Part shown: positions 1 to 13,106 of the stretch, in pieces | Position numbering within the stretch: position 1 is the first letter of the stretch | Layout of the letters: every line of letters begins with the position of its first letter | NCBI GenBank assembly: GCA_951406725.2 | Contig: OX597814.1 | Coordinates: 63,984,001-64,048,000, forward strand | From: Octopus vulgaris | Lineage: Eukaryota | Reading direction: 5' to 3' | DNA: 64,000 nucleotides | Notes under the pieces: generated by a model | Told to the model about the DNA's origin: nothing | Databases searched by the model: none | The model's input: the letters and a program-made list of their open reading frames with translations, nothing else | Translations under genes and position numbers: made by a program

Positions 1-1316
1 CAGATTTTGGGTGATGCATCCTAGATCCTGTCAGTATTTTTCTTGTTTTCCTATCTATTTTGGTCAGTTCATTTCGTGTCCAGTTAAGGATATTGTAGCT
101 GTAACTTATAACTGGGACAGCTAAAGTGTTGATACCTATTATCTTGTTTTTAGCATTGAGCTCTGTGTTTAGTATTGATCTAACTCGTCTATAATATTCT
201 TTTTTTATTTTCTCTTTCATTTGTGTGTGTTGTGTCTTATCTAGTTCATGGATTCCTAAGTATTTGTAAGTTTGGCTTTGGTCTAATTCTTTTATTTCAT
301 TGGTTTTATCTAGTGTGATGTTGTTACTCTTAACTAGTTTTCCTCTTTTCATGGTTACTTTGGCGCATTTTTCTAATCCAAATTTCATATCTATTTCTTT
401 GGTAAATCCATGAACTGTCTTTAATAGTGTTTCCAGCTGTTTGTCATTTGCAGCGTATAGTTTTAGGTCATCCATATATAAAAGGTGGCTGATCGTTTTG
501 CCGTAACATTTATTTCCGCATCCAGTTCTATTTAGCATATCAGATAGAGGTGACAGTGCCAAGTAGAAAAGGAGTGGAGAGAGCGTGTCTCCCTGGAATA
601 TTCCTCTTCTAATGGGGATGTCTTTGGTTTTCATGAGTCCCTCTTTTGTTTGGAGGTGTAGGACTGTTTGCCATTTATTCATAGAGTGCTCTATGAATTT
701 TATGATTGTTGGTGCTACTTTGTTAATGGCTAGTGTTTCGAGGATCCATGTGTGGGAGATGCTATCAAACGCCTTTTTGTAGTCAATCCAGGCCATACTG
801 AGGCCTTTCTTCTTTCTGTGGCTGTCTTCAGTTATGGCTTTATTAATCATTTGTTGATCTTTACAGCCATATGAGCCTTTGCGGCATCCTTTCCGCTCTT
901 CTGGGAACAGTTTGTTTTTGTCCAGGTGCTTGTTCAGCCTTTGCGATATCACTGCAGTAAATGCCTTGAACATAGTAGGGAGGCAGGTTATTGGTCTGTA
1001 GTTTTCTGGTTTTGCTGTTTCATTTGATTTGGGAATTAAGATGGTTTTCCCCTTCGTGAGCCATTCAGGCATTCATTGTCTCTGGCTCTGCTAGTATGTT
1101 GTTAAAGTTTTCAGCCAGCTTTTTGTGCATTCCTGTTAGATATTTCAACCAGAAGTTGGAGATCTTGTCATGCCCAGGTGCCTTCCAGTTGTTTAGTCTT
1201 TGCAGTGCCTGGGTGACCTCTTCAGTTGTTATGGGGGTCCAAAGTTGTTCAGATGCCGAGTTTGTTATTTTGATACTCCTTTTTTTGGTTGTTCGTTCGC
1301 CGACCATATTTCTCTC
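1..1316 (-). mobile_element. R4/Dong-clade non-LTR retrotransposon, RT region; 5'-truncated at a (TAA)n tract and running off the window start
   Basis: The minus strand translates to NWKAPGHDKISNFWLK, YRPITCLP, WIDYKKAFDS, GIFQGDTLSPLLF and SHLLYMDDLKLY (RT catalytic motif near 455-490). It abuts (ATT)n at 1317. Confidence 0.9.
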
Positions 1317-1467
<151 letters not shown>

Positions 1468-1469
1468 CA

Positions 1470-3109
1470 CCATTTACTTTTAAACTGTATGTTTCTTACA
1501 ATTACTTGCCGAGACACACCTAGCGTCCTAGGGTGAGAGAAGGATAAGAGATGTCATAGTATGACTGAAAGCTTGGGGAAGGGAAGTGGCAGGGACTGTA
1601 GCAAAATATCTTCATGCAATGCAACACAGACATTTAAATTGATAGGGTTTTTCTAAGGATGTGGGCAGTACTTGTCAGCACAATCTTTTGGATTTCTCTG
1701 AGACATGGTCCTCTTGGGATATTATCTAGATTTTTCTGATATACCTTTCTTATCATACCTAGGATGCCCATAAAAACAGGAATAGTTCTTGCTTTAAGAT
1801 GCCGCATCTTTTGTATTTCAATTTGCAGAACCTTATATTTACTTAATTTGTCAAATTCTTTTACAGATATATCTTTATCAGTGGGAACACCTACATCTAT
1901 TAGTCTACAAGTATTTTCTCCCATGTCTTTAATGACAATATCTGGTCAATTAGACTGTATCGTTCTGTCGGTGTTGACTGGAAAATCCCAAAATTACCTT
2001 CAACGACTGGCTCAAGATGATGTTCATAGTAGTAAGCAGAAGTGCTGATTTTGTAGTTTTTATATATTTTCCAATGTAAAAACTGTCCTATCCTATCGCG
2101 GCGATTTTCTGCTTGATGTCAGCACAGGACAACCCGAAACGGGTTGGTCTATTGTTTCATCAAATTTACTGCAGAATCTGCATTTAGGGTCAGAACCGTT
2201 TTGAAGAACGTTATTCTGGTAGTTTTTGGTAAGCAATCTTTGATCTTGTACTGCTAATATGAAACCTTCAATCTGCTTTTACTCCTGAGCCTCTCAACCA
2301 CTGATGAATTGTTGCTTTGTCTACATCAATATTTCGACTTCTAAGAATATACTGTCCATGTAGGGGCTTCTGATTCCACCCTTCCTCAGTTTCTTTCTGC
2401 AGTCTGCTTGATCCGTTTTGCTTGTTTTGCTTGTTTGGTGGCAGTGGTTTCAGGTTCTTCATCTAATTCAGTGTTAATGTTAAGTTCCCTTGCGAGCTTC
2501 AAGCTTGCTTGACAATTGAATGTGATTTTTGCTGCTTCCATGTTTGTACACAAACTGCAGCATCCAGTCCTCTGTACTAGATAAGTAGATTCCTCTTCCC
2601 CCATTACTTCTTGGTAGGTACAGACGATCAACATCTGCGTTTGGGTGGTGCATGTTCTTAGATGTTAGTAGTTTTCTTGTCTTCCTTTCTAGGCGTTGGA
2701 GCTCTGTAAGATTCCAGTTAATGATGTTAAAACTGTATTGGACTACTGGAAGTGGCAGGGCGTTAATAGCTTCGATGCGACTTTTGGATTTGAGTTCAGT
2801 TTTAAGTATGAGTCTTACTCTCTTGTAATACTCCTTTCTTATTTTTCCTTCATGTTATATACCATCTCCTTCGTTCATCCCCAGGTATCTATAGCTTTAT
2901 TGTGAGTTGGGCTCTTTGATGGTATCTAATTTAATGGAAGCTGTTTGTTTGAGCTTGCCTCTCACAAAAGTTGCTTGAGCACAGTTACCAAAGTCAAAGT
3001 CCATCCCGATGTCATTACTGAACCCTTTAACAGTTGTTAACAGCCCTACTAGCTCTTTGTCATTTCTAGCAAACAGCTTCAGATCGTCAATATAAAGCAG
3101 ATTGTTTAC
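1470..3109 (-). mobile_element. Degenerate R4/Dong-clade LINE, RT C-terminus through restriction-like endonuclease and 3' UTR
   Basis: The minus strand gives NLLYIDDLKLF, KPLHGQY, CRFCSKFDETID and PDIVIKD...LIDVGVP...KEFDKLSKY (ORFs 1634-1924, 2268-2462), with stops and frameshifts. Confidence 0.88.
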
Positions 3110-3111
3110 TA

Positions 3112-3415
3112 TTAGGTTGTTCCGAAAATAATGGCCGCCCTAAGTGTTGTGTTTTAAAACGCAATTTTATGATAGAATTTTAATTGTATCATAGGTGAAT
3201 TTCAACATACTCAATAATTGATGTATGCTCTTTAATAAGTTTCTACTTATTTCAGACAGAAAACATTCTTAAAGCATAGACGCCCTTAATTATGAACATG
3301 ACAAAAATGGACCTTCGCTTACTTTTCTTTCATGAGTTCACGTTTGGGCACAATGCATCCCAAACTGCTGCCGATATCATCAGAGCATGGGGAGAGGGGT
3401 TCACAAGTAGATGAA
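3112..3415 (+). mobile_element. Mariner 5' remnant (left TIR plus transposase N-terminus)
   Basis: TA followed by a TTAGGTTGTTCCGAAAATAATGGC TIR-like end. From about 3298 it reads MTKMDLRLLFFHEFTFGHNASQTAADIIRAWGEG, resembling the mariner HTH N-terminus. Confidence 0.7.
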
Positions 3416-3619
3416 TTAGACTTGAATTAGACAAAAATTAAGACGCTCGCAAATATGATTTTATGGAAATAAGAAAGGGAGCAAACTCTACAACGGGAAG
3501 CAAAAGTTTTAATCAATCATAACAATCATGTTACTGATTACACTAAGCAGATTTCTTCCTCTTCCTAAGCTACACTAGAGCGATATGAACAATTTGTTTG
3601 TATAAAATGTCTCTCGGGC

Positions 3620-3912
3620 ACTCTATCTGTTACGACGACGAGGACTCCAGCTGATCTGAGCAACAAAACAGCGTTTTCGTGGAATTAAAGTACAAGTGGG
3701 TGATCACTCCCACGCTTACCCATAACGTAGTTCTTAGGGAGATTCAGCGTGACCCTTCCAATTACAAGTACTTCTCATTTTTGCCAGCTAAGTGGACTGC
3801 AGTAATGTGAAATAAAGTGTCTTGATCAGAACACAATGCGCCGCCGGGAATTGAACACACGCCCTTATGGTTGTGTGCCGAATGCCCTAACCACTCAGCG
3901 ACGCGCCTTCAC
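3620..3912 (-). mobile_element. tRNA-derived SINE (family C, related to 44887-45147)
   Basis: The minus strand starts GGCGCGTCGCTGAGTGGTTAGGG...GTTCAATTCCCGGC (A/B boxes), and its body is shared with the 44887 copy. Confidence 0.75.
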
Positions 3913-4408
3913 TGTATTAACATATATTACATTAGGAACATGGATGTGTCATAGTCACTTAACCACCAAAAGATGTTCTGTTCGACAATTACCTAAGACA
4001 TCCAATATATAAGATATTTACTCAATTCCTTTTGAATTCCATCATAATTTATAATTAGATCTTAACTGCTGACGAATAAATTGTAACAATTAAGTTTTGG
4101 AGGCTTTGTCCACATTTTAAACAGCGAATACTTGAACATACTGGATATCTTCTAGTGGATACGTGACTATTAAATTAGCTGTGCGTCTCAGGCAATACGT
4201 GCTGTTACATTGCTGTTTACGAAAATAAACCGTTACTGCGTGCCTGTTTAGCTGATTACGAGGATTTGATGGTTTGTTGCAGTTGATGGCGAGGTCATCA
4301 GACATGCTACTGATGCGTGACTCGAGTCTGTGGAAGCATATACACTTTTTTTCTTCAGTATTGATAAATGGCTTATTTGATTTTTATTTAAAAACTTAAA
4401 GCTGTGTG

Positions 4409-4440
<32 letters not shown>

Positions 4441-4442
<2 letters not shown>

Positions 4443-5435
4443 GCGGAGGGAAAGGACATGGACTGCACCCCCTTTCGGTTATTTTTTGTTGTTTCTTTTC
4501 TACAGAAACCCAGCTTTTCGACTACGGAGATTCCGAATATGCAAAAAAAAAAAAAAAAGGAAAAAAAGTTGGTATTTCAAAATTTTAATATCCACCCACC
4601 CAGTTTTTCACTTATTAACAAATTTTGTGGAGCGAAATACGGAGAAAAATATGGAGACTATAATTCTGAAAAAAGAAAAAAATTGTAAAATTTCAATTTT
4701 TCAAAAAAAAAAAATCCCTCTCCTCCTACTAAAATAGCAGACGTAAAAAGTAACTAAACAGAAAACTCGACATGCTAGAAACAGCAGCTAAACGACGAAT
4801 CACGTTTTCAAAATTGTAATTTCCCTCATCCCCTTTTTTCTTTGCCAGAGGGGTGGAGAGGGGGAAAATTAAGATTTTGAAAACGGAATTTTGGGGTTCT
4901 CAAAATCTTAACTTTTTTATATACGTTCCAGCCGGAAAGTCCGACAAGCTAGAAACAACAACCAAACTGAAGATCCACTTTCTAAATACGAATTACCAAA
5001 AAAAAAGTAAAAATTAAAAAGAATGTAATTTTGTTGTGTGTGTGTGTGCGTGTGTGTGCGTGTGTGCAAAAGACTAATTTTTACATACCTCTCTTAATTC
5101 CAAAAGACCCTTAACCACATGTTCACTTTCTGTCACATGCGCTGACGTAGTGGAGGGGGTATCTATTTATTTATTCTATTATTTATTTTTGAAAAAATTA
5201 AATTTTACCAATATTCTTTTCAGAATCATAATTTCCGTATTTTTCTACGTATTTCGGCAAGAAAAAAAAAAGATTTCCACAAAAAAGGGAAAAATTGGGA
5301 GGGGGAAGATTAAAAATTTGAAATGCCAATGTTTAGGCAGAATCGGAATCTCCACAGTCGAAAAACTGGGTTTCTGTATAAAAAAAAAAAAAAATAACCA
5401 AAAGGTGGTGCGGTCCATGTCCTTTACCTCGGCCA
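4441..5435. mobile_element. Non-autonomous DNA transposon / MITE with long imperfect TIRs, embedded in (TG)n/(CA)n
   Basis: Left end TGGCGGAGGGAAAGGACATGGACTGCACC matches the reverse complement of the right end GGTGCGGTCCATGTCCTTTACCTCGGCCA, and similarity extends more than 100 bp. No transposase is present. Confidence 0.8.
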
Positions 5436-5437
5436 AT

Positions 5438-5470
<33 letters not shown>

Positions 5471-5939
5471 CACACACACACACACATACACACACAATTA
5501 TACAAGAGTTGCGGAATGGAATATGGGAAATCCGGGTTAAAACATATAGTAGTTTTAGCTTAATCACAGAATTCAATAGTGGGATTGGCATTTGAAGAGA
5601 AATTGGAGGGGAGAGGATGGAAAAATATATTTGGTCGTGGGGGACAAAAGAAAGTATGTATGAATAAGGCAAGGTAGGGCGAAGAGTTTAAGTACGGCTA
5701 GTGGCTTTATGGTCAAACGGCGTAAATTGGTACACGAAAAAATAAAAACGAATGAAGTGGTGAATGTGTATGCAAGCATATGTATTTGTAAGTTTACGGG
5801 TGGAGGGGAGAGAGTAGAAATACAAAGAGAGAAAAATATTTTAGATAGTAAGTAAAAATACAGATAGAAAATTGTAATTGTCGATTAAGGAATTAAAAGG
5901 GGAGTAAAAATATTGTTGGTTTAATACGCAATGGATAAG

Positions 5940-6341
5940 TGAGAAAAAGAATATATTAGAGTTATGCTGAGACGAGCAGTGTGGGGTTGTAATTATTTAT
6001 ATTTCAAGAATAGATTTAGTGCCCGATGTTTGCAGGTGAATATTATACTGCTGAGATTTTGTATGGGATTTGAAGCTAGAATAGTGATTGCTCACTATCT
6101 TTTAATATAGTGCTACATGAGCCTATGTAAATGTAGTTGCAGTTGTTAGGTGATACTGTGCACATATAAACTATGTTTCTAGTGAGACAGCAGTTATTTA
6201 AAGGAGAAGAGGTTGATGCTCTGAATGAGTTTGTAAGAGAATTGTTATTTAGTGAGGAATCGATGTTTGATTCGTTATTATAGTTGGTGGTAAGGTTATC
6301 AGTTGTTAAGGGGTTGAGGGGTGTTTGTTGGGTTGTATGAT
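5940..6341 (-). mobile_element. Penelope-like element, GIY-YIG endonuclease remnant (3' part of the element split by the CR1-group LINE)
   Basis: The minus strand near 6100-6190 reads IVYMCTVSPNNCNYIYIGSCST, a GIY-YIG-like pattern. Confidence 0.6.
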
Positions 6342-8814
6342 TTCATGAATGAGTTTTTCCTGACCCAACTTGTTCTTGAACCAAAAAGGTGTCACAAAAA
6401 CACCTTGGATCTAGTGTTAGGTAACCACACTGACACTATCCTCAATACTGCAGTGGAAAAAACACCACTACTCTCAGACCATGACATGGTTCTCTGCGAT
6501 CTGAAATTCTACCACCCAAAGATCAAATCCAGTGACATCTCTCCAGTCCATCCATTTGACACTAATGCAGCCTGGGATGCGATCAATCATGATCACACAC
6601 AAGTTGATTGGGCTTTCACGCACATAAACACATCATAAACACATCCAACATAAAGACATCATGACAGACATTTGTAGATACTGTAGCAAATATATGCGCA
6701 AAACATATTCTTTTAAGATCAGTATACAAATCTAAGTGCAGAAATCCTAGAAGCAGAAGAGCAATTATCAGAAAAATATAAAGACTTAACAAGAAAATCA
6801 ACCAACTTAAATACTGCCATCAGCAACGTACCCATTTGACTACTATTTCATCACTCGAATGGAAAGAAACACAACCTCCAAAATATCATGATGACCATCA
6901 TTAACAGACAAAGAGCAGCTGAGGAGAGTTGGGCCATTGAGAAAATAAAACTCCAAAATAAAATTCCAAAATGTTCTTTTCATTTGCAAAAAAAAAACAC
7001 AACAAACAAAGACGCTGTTTCCACAGTTGGTCCTCTGGTTGATGAGAATTCTCTACATGAGGATGCAAAATCCAAGCGCGAGATACTGCAGAGACAATAC
7101 TGCTCTGTCTTCAGTAACGTTAATGCGGTTGATATGGCTAATATCAGTGATGTAAACCCTCAACTAACCACATCTGACATAACTTTTAGTGCTCCTGATA
7201 GCCTACCAGAAATAGATAAGATCAAACACAACTCGGCAGTAAGTCTCGGTAAGTTCCCGGCCACTGTCCTGAAAATGAGTCGACATCAAATTGCACCACT
7301 CTAGCTGAGCTTTGGAGAAACTCATTTGATGCAGGCTATATTCCTGATTATTTTCTTTCCAAGTCTGTCGTTCCAGTCTTCAAAAAGGGAAACAAATCTC
7401 TTGCAGTGAACTACTGTCCGATTTCAATCACTTCTCATATCATTAAAGTATTTGAGAAGGTGGTGAGATCGCAAATAACTCACTTCCTCGAAAACAACAA
7501 TATGCTGAACCCCAACCAGTATGGTTTACGTAATAGTAAGGACTGCCTGTCGCAGCTTCTGCATCATTTCCATGACATCTTAAAAGCGTTGGGAGAAGGC
7601 TCCAACACTGACGTCATATACCTTGATTTCAGCAAGGCATTTAACAGAAAAGACTACAAAATCCTGCTGAAGAAACTGTCCGTGGAAAGCTGCTGCACTG
7701 GATAAAGTGTTTCCTGACGAGCAGAATCTAACGTGCTGTGTTTGAGGGAATACGATCCAGTTCATAATCAGTAGTGGTGTCCCACAAGGTGCTGTGTTGG
7801 GCCCACTTCACTTCATTATTTACATCAACGACATAGTAGATGTCATCAAACATTCTACATTGAAAATTTTGCAGATGATTCCAAACTCCAGAAAGCCATA
7901 AACGGCATGGGAGACCGAACATGCCTTCAGTCAGATCTGTTTGCTATTGTCCAATGGACAGAAAAAAACAATATGCTTCTAAATGAAAACAAGTTTGATT
8001 TGATCCACTTTGGAAAAGAGGAAACTCTGAAATTACCATAAGCTCTTCCCTCGGGCGACTCCCTAGTGTCATCCAACAACACCAGAGACTTTGAAGTAAT
8101 TGTTGATAATCTATGCTGGAGTTCCCGCGTAAACAGCAAGGTTGACTTGGCCCGCAAGATGTGCTCCTGGATTTTGAGAACTTGCCGGTCTCGAGATGCC
8201 TACAGTATCATCCTTCTCTACTCTACTTTTGCCCGACCCCTCCTTGAATACTGTTGCCCACTATGATCCCCCCATACGAAGCAACTCATTATGAAAGTAG
8301 AAGCACTCCAGAGGTCAATAACAAGAAAGATAGACGGCATGAGAGGCATTGATTATTGGGGTCGACTAAAAAAACTCAATCTACTCTCTCCAACGCCGCC
8401 GGGAGCGCTACATCATTTGTGTTATGTGGAAAAAGTATTCCATCATTATTGCACAAACGACGTTGGCATCAATTTTAAAATCCATGCAAGACGTAGCCCC
8501 CGTGCTATCCGCCTACTACAAAAATCGAACTCGGTACACATAGCAACAATACGTTACAATTACTTTACCTCAACCGGTTCAGCTCTCTTTAATACCATAC
8601 CAAATTACGTCAAAATCGAAACGGATCCCATAAAATTCAAATGTTCATTGGTCAAATTTCTTCAAAAAATCCCGGACCAACCTCCTACCCCCGGATATGT
8701 CTCCAACTATAATGACTCCCTATATGACTAAAAGACTTCACCCTGTGGTGCAATTTAGTTAGACATGGCCTGGGCCTATACTGGCCGAAACTTATCAAAG
8801 TTATCAAAGTTATG
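6342..8814 (+). mobile_element. CR1-group LINE ORF2 (APE C-terminus plus RT), 5'-truncated and pseudogenised
   Basis: It encodes NTLDLVLGN...LSDHDMV (APE), NYCPISITSHIIKVFEK, DVIYLDFSKAF, SGVPQGAVLGP and FADD. The 3' tail is (TTATCAAAG)2. A candidate TSD GTATGAT lies at 6335-6341 and 8815-8821. Confidence 0.9.
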
Positions 8815-9910
8815 GTATGATAATTATTGTGTCCGGTGGTATTCTCTATTATGGCAAGAATATATTTGGATGCTGTGGTAAATTTAAGGGTTGGGTGTTA
8901 GCAATGGCACTATAGCTGTAGTTATGAGGGTTTGTTTTGTTATGGTGGTCAGCTGGTGTATTGGGTTTGTATGTAAGGAGTTGGGGCTATGTTGAATTAA
9001 TTTATTAGGGTGGGGGTTAGCCGTTAGTGGATTTCGGAGTTACTTGTCAAGATGTCGGTTAACTGCGGCAATATCAGTGGTGGCAGTGGAGTAGGATAAC
9101 TTTATAGATTTGGAGTTAAATATTTTTCTAAGGGGGTTAGATTTAGGGAAATGTTTTTCGAATAGGGCGAAGAATAGTTTGGGTACTCAAGTCTGGACGT
9201 TCAGGGCGAAGTAAGTGGCGGAACCATATGACATCTTGAGTTCTAGTTCGTTTAATAAGGTTGGAGGTGGGGTTACTTTGGAGGAGATAGGGTTTGGGAG
9301 GTCTATGTTGGTATCTGTTTTGGGTAGTGGTGTATATAGGATTAGGGGTTATTTGGTAGGTGGTCGCTTGTTATGTTAATTTCTACTCCAATGTTTGGGT
9401 GGGTATTGGGAGTGGGGTGGGGTAGGGGGTTAGGTTTATCATAATGGGACTGGGAACTGTTTTTTGCTCTGGGTTTAGTTGAGAGAGGGATGTCCCACAT
9501 GGGGATGTATTCAGTTGAACATTTATATATGGCACGTTGTAAGGCACAATTGTAGCATTCAGCATATTGATCGAATAGGTCTTGACCAGCAGATAATGAG
9601 GAGATCCGGTGGGACACGTTTTCTACAATAAATTTTAGACGGAGATGGGGGGAGGTTGGAGGAGAAGTTCATGTAGTGGGGGTTTTCTCCAGGTTTGTGA
9701 TATAGATAAGTTCGGTTTTGTAAGTCCAGGGTGACGTCTAAGAAACTGGCGGTTTTGACGTTGTTGCAGGAAGTGATGCTGAGACCAACGTTGTTAAAGA
9801 AGCTTCTTAATCTTTTAGTTTGTTCGATTGTCCGGTTACTAGAATTTTGGATAGTGAAGAGCGCGTAATCTCTGTATAGATCACTGGAGATGTTGGGAAA
9901 TTGTTCATGA
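8815..9910 (-). mobile_element. Penelope-like element, RT C-terminal/thumb region
   Basis: The minus strand reads LYRDYALF...FFNNVGLSITSCNNVKTASFLDVTLDL...HKPGENPHYMNFSSNLPP...SHRISSLS, typical of the PLE RT C-terminus. Confidence 0.75.
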
Positions 9911-9924
9911 GTATTTAGCTTTTA

Positions 9925-10128
9925 CCGAACGACCTGCACAAATCATTTGTTTATAGTGTCTGAACAAGTGCACGGTGTACCACACGTCAGGTGTCGAAGT
10001 GATCGAACGTCAACGTGAGATGAAGTGTTTTACTCAAGAACATAACACACCACTTGGTCTAGGAACTCAAACCACGACCTTGCAATCATGAGTGCAAGGC
10101 CCTAACCACTAGGTCATGTGTCCTCACG
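9925..10128 (-). mobile_element. Degenerate tRNA-derived SINE (family C-like)
   Basis: The minus strand reads ATGACCTAGTGGTTAGGG...GGTTTGAGTTCCTAGACC...TTCTTGAGTAAAACACTTCAT. Confidence 0.65.
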
Positions 10129-10174
10129 AACATATATATATCTATATACATATATTTACATATATACATGCATG

Positions 10175-10224
<50 letters not shown>

Positions 10225-10566
10225 ATGTGTATGTATGTGTGTGTGTGTATGTGTGTGTGTATGTATGTGTGTGTGTGGATTTAAAGAATTGAAATCAGCG
10301 TTTTGAAACTAAGGGGAATAATTATTTAATTTATATGTTGTATTTCCCATCCAGTACGTATAAGATGAGTAATTCCTGGCCGTTTGTAAAGAAATGAACA
10401 ACTATATCACATTGGCGTTAACTGGAGTTTGTACGCACACAAGCCCATAGATACATATATTTACATATATGCATCTCACTCTCTCCCTCTCCTGCTCTCT
10501 CTCTCTCCAAACACACACACATACATGCGCAAAACAAGCATACACACAGACACACACACACACACC

Positions 10567-10694
<128 letters not shown>

Positions 10695-11399
10695 TCCGAA
10701 ACAAACAAATGAACTGTAAGTCAATTTTAAAAAGGAAAATGAAAAGGCGATAGAGACGTCGAAGACCAAGCACTTAAAAGACGAAAGAAAATCACGAAAT
10801 AAAAAAAAATACAGACGAAAAATATGAAAAAAAATGTCCTACGAGAGTATTGGCGAATAAGGAACGATTAAATATTTAAACTATCATGAAGTACACAGCA
10901 ATAGAAATATCAAAAAATCAAATACTAATTCTTGATTAGCCAACCGGAAAGTTGATGCTTTAGACGGTCATGGTTAATTTGTAAGGATTTCATCTAGCTA
11001 TATTAAGAAGAGGAAGAGTGCAATTAACGATCAAGAAATATTGAGGAACAAAAAATATAATATAAAAAATAAGGGACAGTAAGCGTTCTGAACTAGTGAG
11101 GAATGGATGATGGACGAGTGGTAATGTGTGATAACGAGTGATAATGGACGAGTGGTAAAGACAAGGACAATGACTTTGACGTTACCAGTGTTTATTGATA
11201 CTATTATAGTAGACTTGGCATGGAGCTTGGCCCAAAATGCGTTTGGCGCGGGGTCATCGCTGTTTTCCTTTCATAATTCTTTTATGTTTGTTTCTTTTAA
11301 ATATTTTGTTATTCATTTTTCTTTATATATATGACTTAGAGAATTTAGATTTCGATTTTTCTTCATTAATTAAACTATTAATGCAATACTTCTGTATTT

Positions 11400-11540
11400 A
11401 TCAAATTCCGCCGATGTCGACTTTGCCTTTCATCCTTTCGGGGTGGATGGATTAAGTACCAGTTGCGTACTGGGGTCGATCTAATCGACTGGCACCCTCC
11501 CCAAAACTTTGGAGCCTTGTGCCTAGCGTAGAAAAGAATA
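11400..11540 (+). mobile_element. SINE family B 3' fragment
   Basis: TCAAATTCCGCCGATGTCGACTTTGCCTTTCATCCTTTCGGGG...AAGTACCAGTTGCG is shared with 41704-42101, 30135-30250 and 53165-53300. Confidence 0.75.
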
Positions 11541-11609
11541 ATTCTGTATTTATTTAAATATTTACTAGCTGAAACTATTTGACGGCTGGTACTTAATGGT
11601 TCCCTCCTC

Positions 11610-12129
11610 CTTTTCTATTTAACACCGTGACTGAGAGGCTAAATAAAGAGGAGGCAGTGTGTGTATCAGCGTGTGGGGTAGAAACACTTCAAGTCTCATA
11701 CTACTCTAGACATCGAGTAACAAATACAAAATTACAATATGATAATTTACTAATTACTCCTGATTAATCGCTTCTGTAATTTCGAGTTACAGAATTAGAT
11801 AAATTTCTTTCAGTAAGACTTAACTTTTGATTTTTTTTTTCTCATTGTGTTTTATCCAACGTTTTCATTTATTTTAGTAGTTCTAAGAGATTAATTTTGC
11901 ATTCTGTTGGCATTAGTGAAAGAAATTTATGTAATTCTGCAACTCGAAATTACAGAAGAAGCTAATCAGGAGTATTTAGTAAATTAACATATTGTAATTT
12001 TGTATTTGTTACACGATGTCTAGAGTAGTCTGAGACCTGAAATGTTTCTTCTAAGCGATGCCCCACACGCTGATACACACACTGCCTCCTCTCTATTTAG
12101 CCTCTCAGCCACTGTGTTAAATAGAAAAG
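11610..12129. mobile_element. Fold-back/MITE element with about 205-bp inverted arms
   Basis: CTTTTCTATTTAACACCGTGACTGAGAGGCTAAAT... (11610-11815) is the reverse complement of about 11915-12129. Confidence 0.85.
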
Positions 12130-13061
12130 AAATAATTTATTCATGGGTATCGCTTATAAACCCACTTGTCTAGGGCTACTGTATGGTTAAACAACGACAC
12201 GATAATCATTTTCAACCAAACCAACTGCAACAACAACCACTCTGTTTTCTTTCCAGTACTCTTGAAAGGTGATCGTAAAGATTTAACTTCATCGAATTGT
12301 TGCCGGTAGCAATTTGATTGGCAGTGTAGGAAGAATATTTTGGAATTCCTGCTATGACCAATTTGTTTTTCATGGCAAATTTTGTTGTTGAAACATTCTC
12401 GAACATTCTTGTGTACTAAAACTACATCTAAAAATAAACGGTTAATATTTTAAAAAACAGCACGCCCCAATCCCAACGTTTGAGCGATTGCAGTTCGATG
12501 AAGTGAAAGTGATACATTATCAACCACAATATCTTTCTTTTGATCCATAACACTTCAGTATTTTCTCTTTACACACCTTTTCCCTTACTTCCGTTCTTTC
12601 TTTCAGTCTCTCTCATTCACGTTCTCTCTCACATTCATATATATCTTTTATCTCTTTTCTTTCGGTCATTCTTTAAACCTATTTCCTCGTCGTTTTTGTT
12701 TTTCCTCTTCCTTAATTTTAAGTTGCAGTTTCTTTTACCATTGCTCTACGTAAGTTCTCTCCTTCCCTCTTTCTCTCTCTCTCCTCTCTTTTAAGCATTT
12801 TTTATCAGCTATGATCATATACACCTATCTGAACTATAGCAGAATTACTATTTAGGTGACATCAATGAATACATTAACTACTGGATAAGTATCCTTAAGT
12901 AGAGATTATTTGCCAACATAACATGGCAGTCCGGGTTTAGGACGAATGTTGCTGTAATTTAGCCCCAGGAGACATCGTCTCCACCTGGCTATACGACACG
13001 ATCTGTGTCCCTATATTTTTGAACAAGGGAATCTAACACCCCCACTCAGCTCAAAACAATA

Positions 13062-13106
13062 TCTGTGTATAGCGATTTCCGGGCTATTTCACTTCATCAG
13101 AACAGA
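13062..13106 (-). ncRNA. Degenerate type I hammerhead ribozyme motif in a hairpin-rich repeat (about 12910-13110)
   Basis: The minus strand reads TCTGTT-CTGATGA-AGTGAAATAGCCCG-GAAA-TCGCTA-TA-CACAGA. The core is intact, but stem II and the closing pair of stem I are damaged. Confidence 0.5.
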
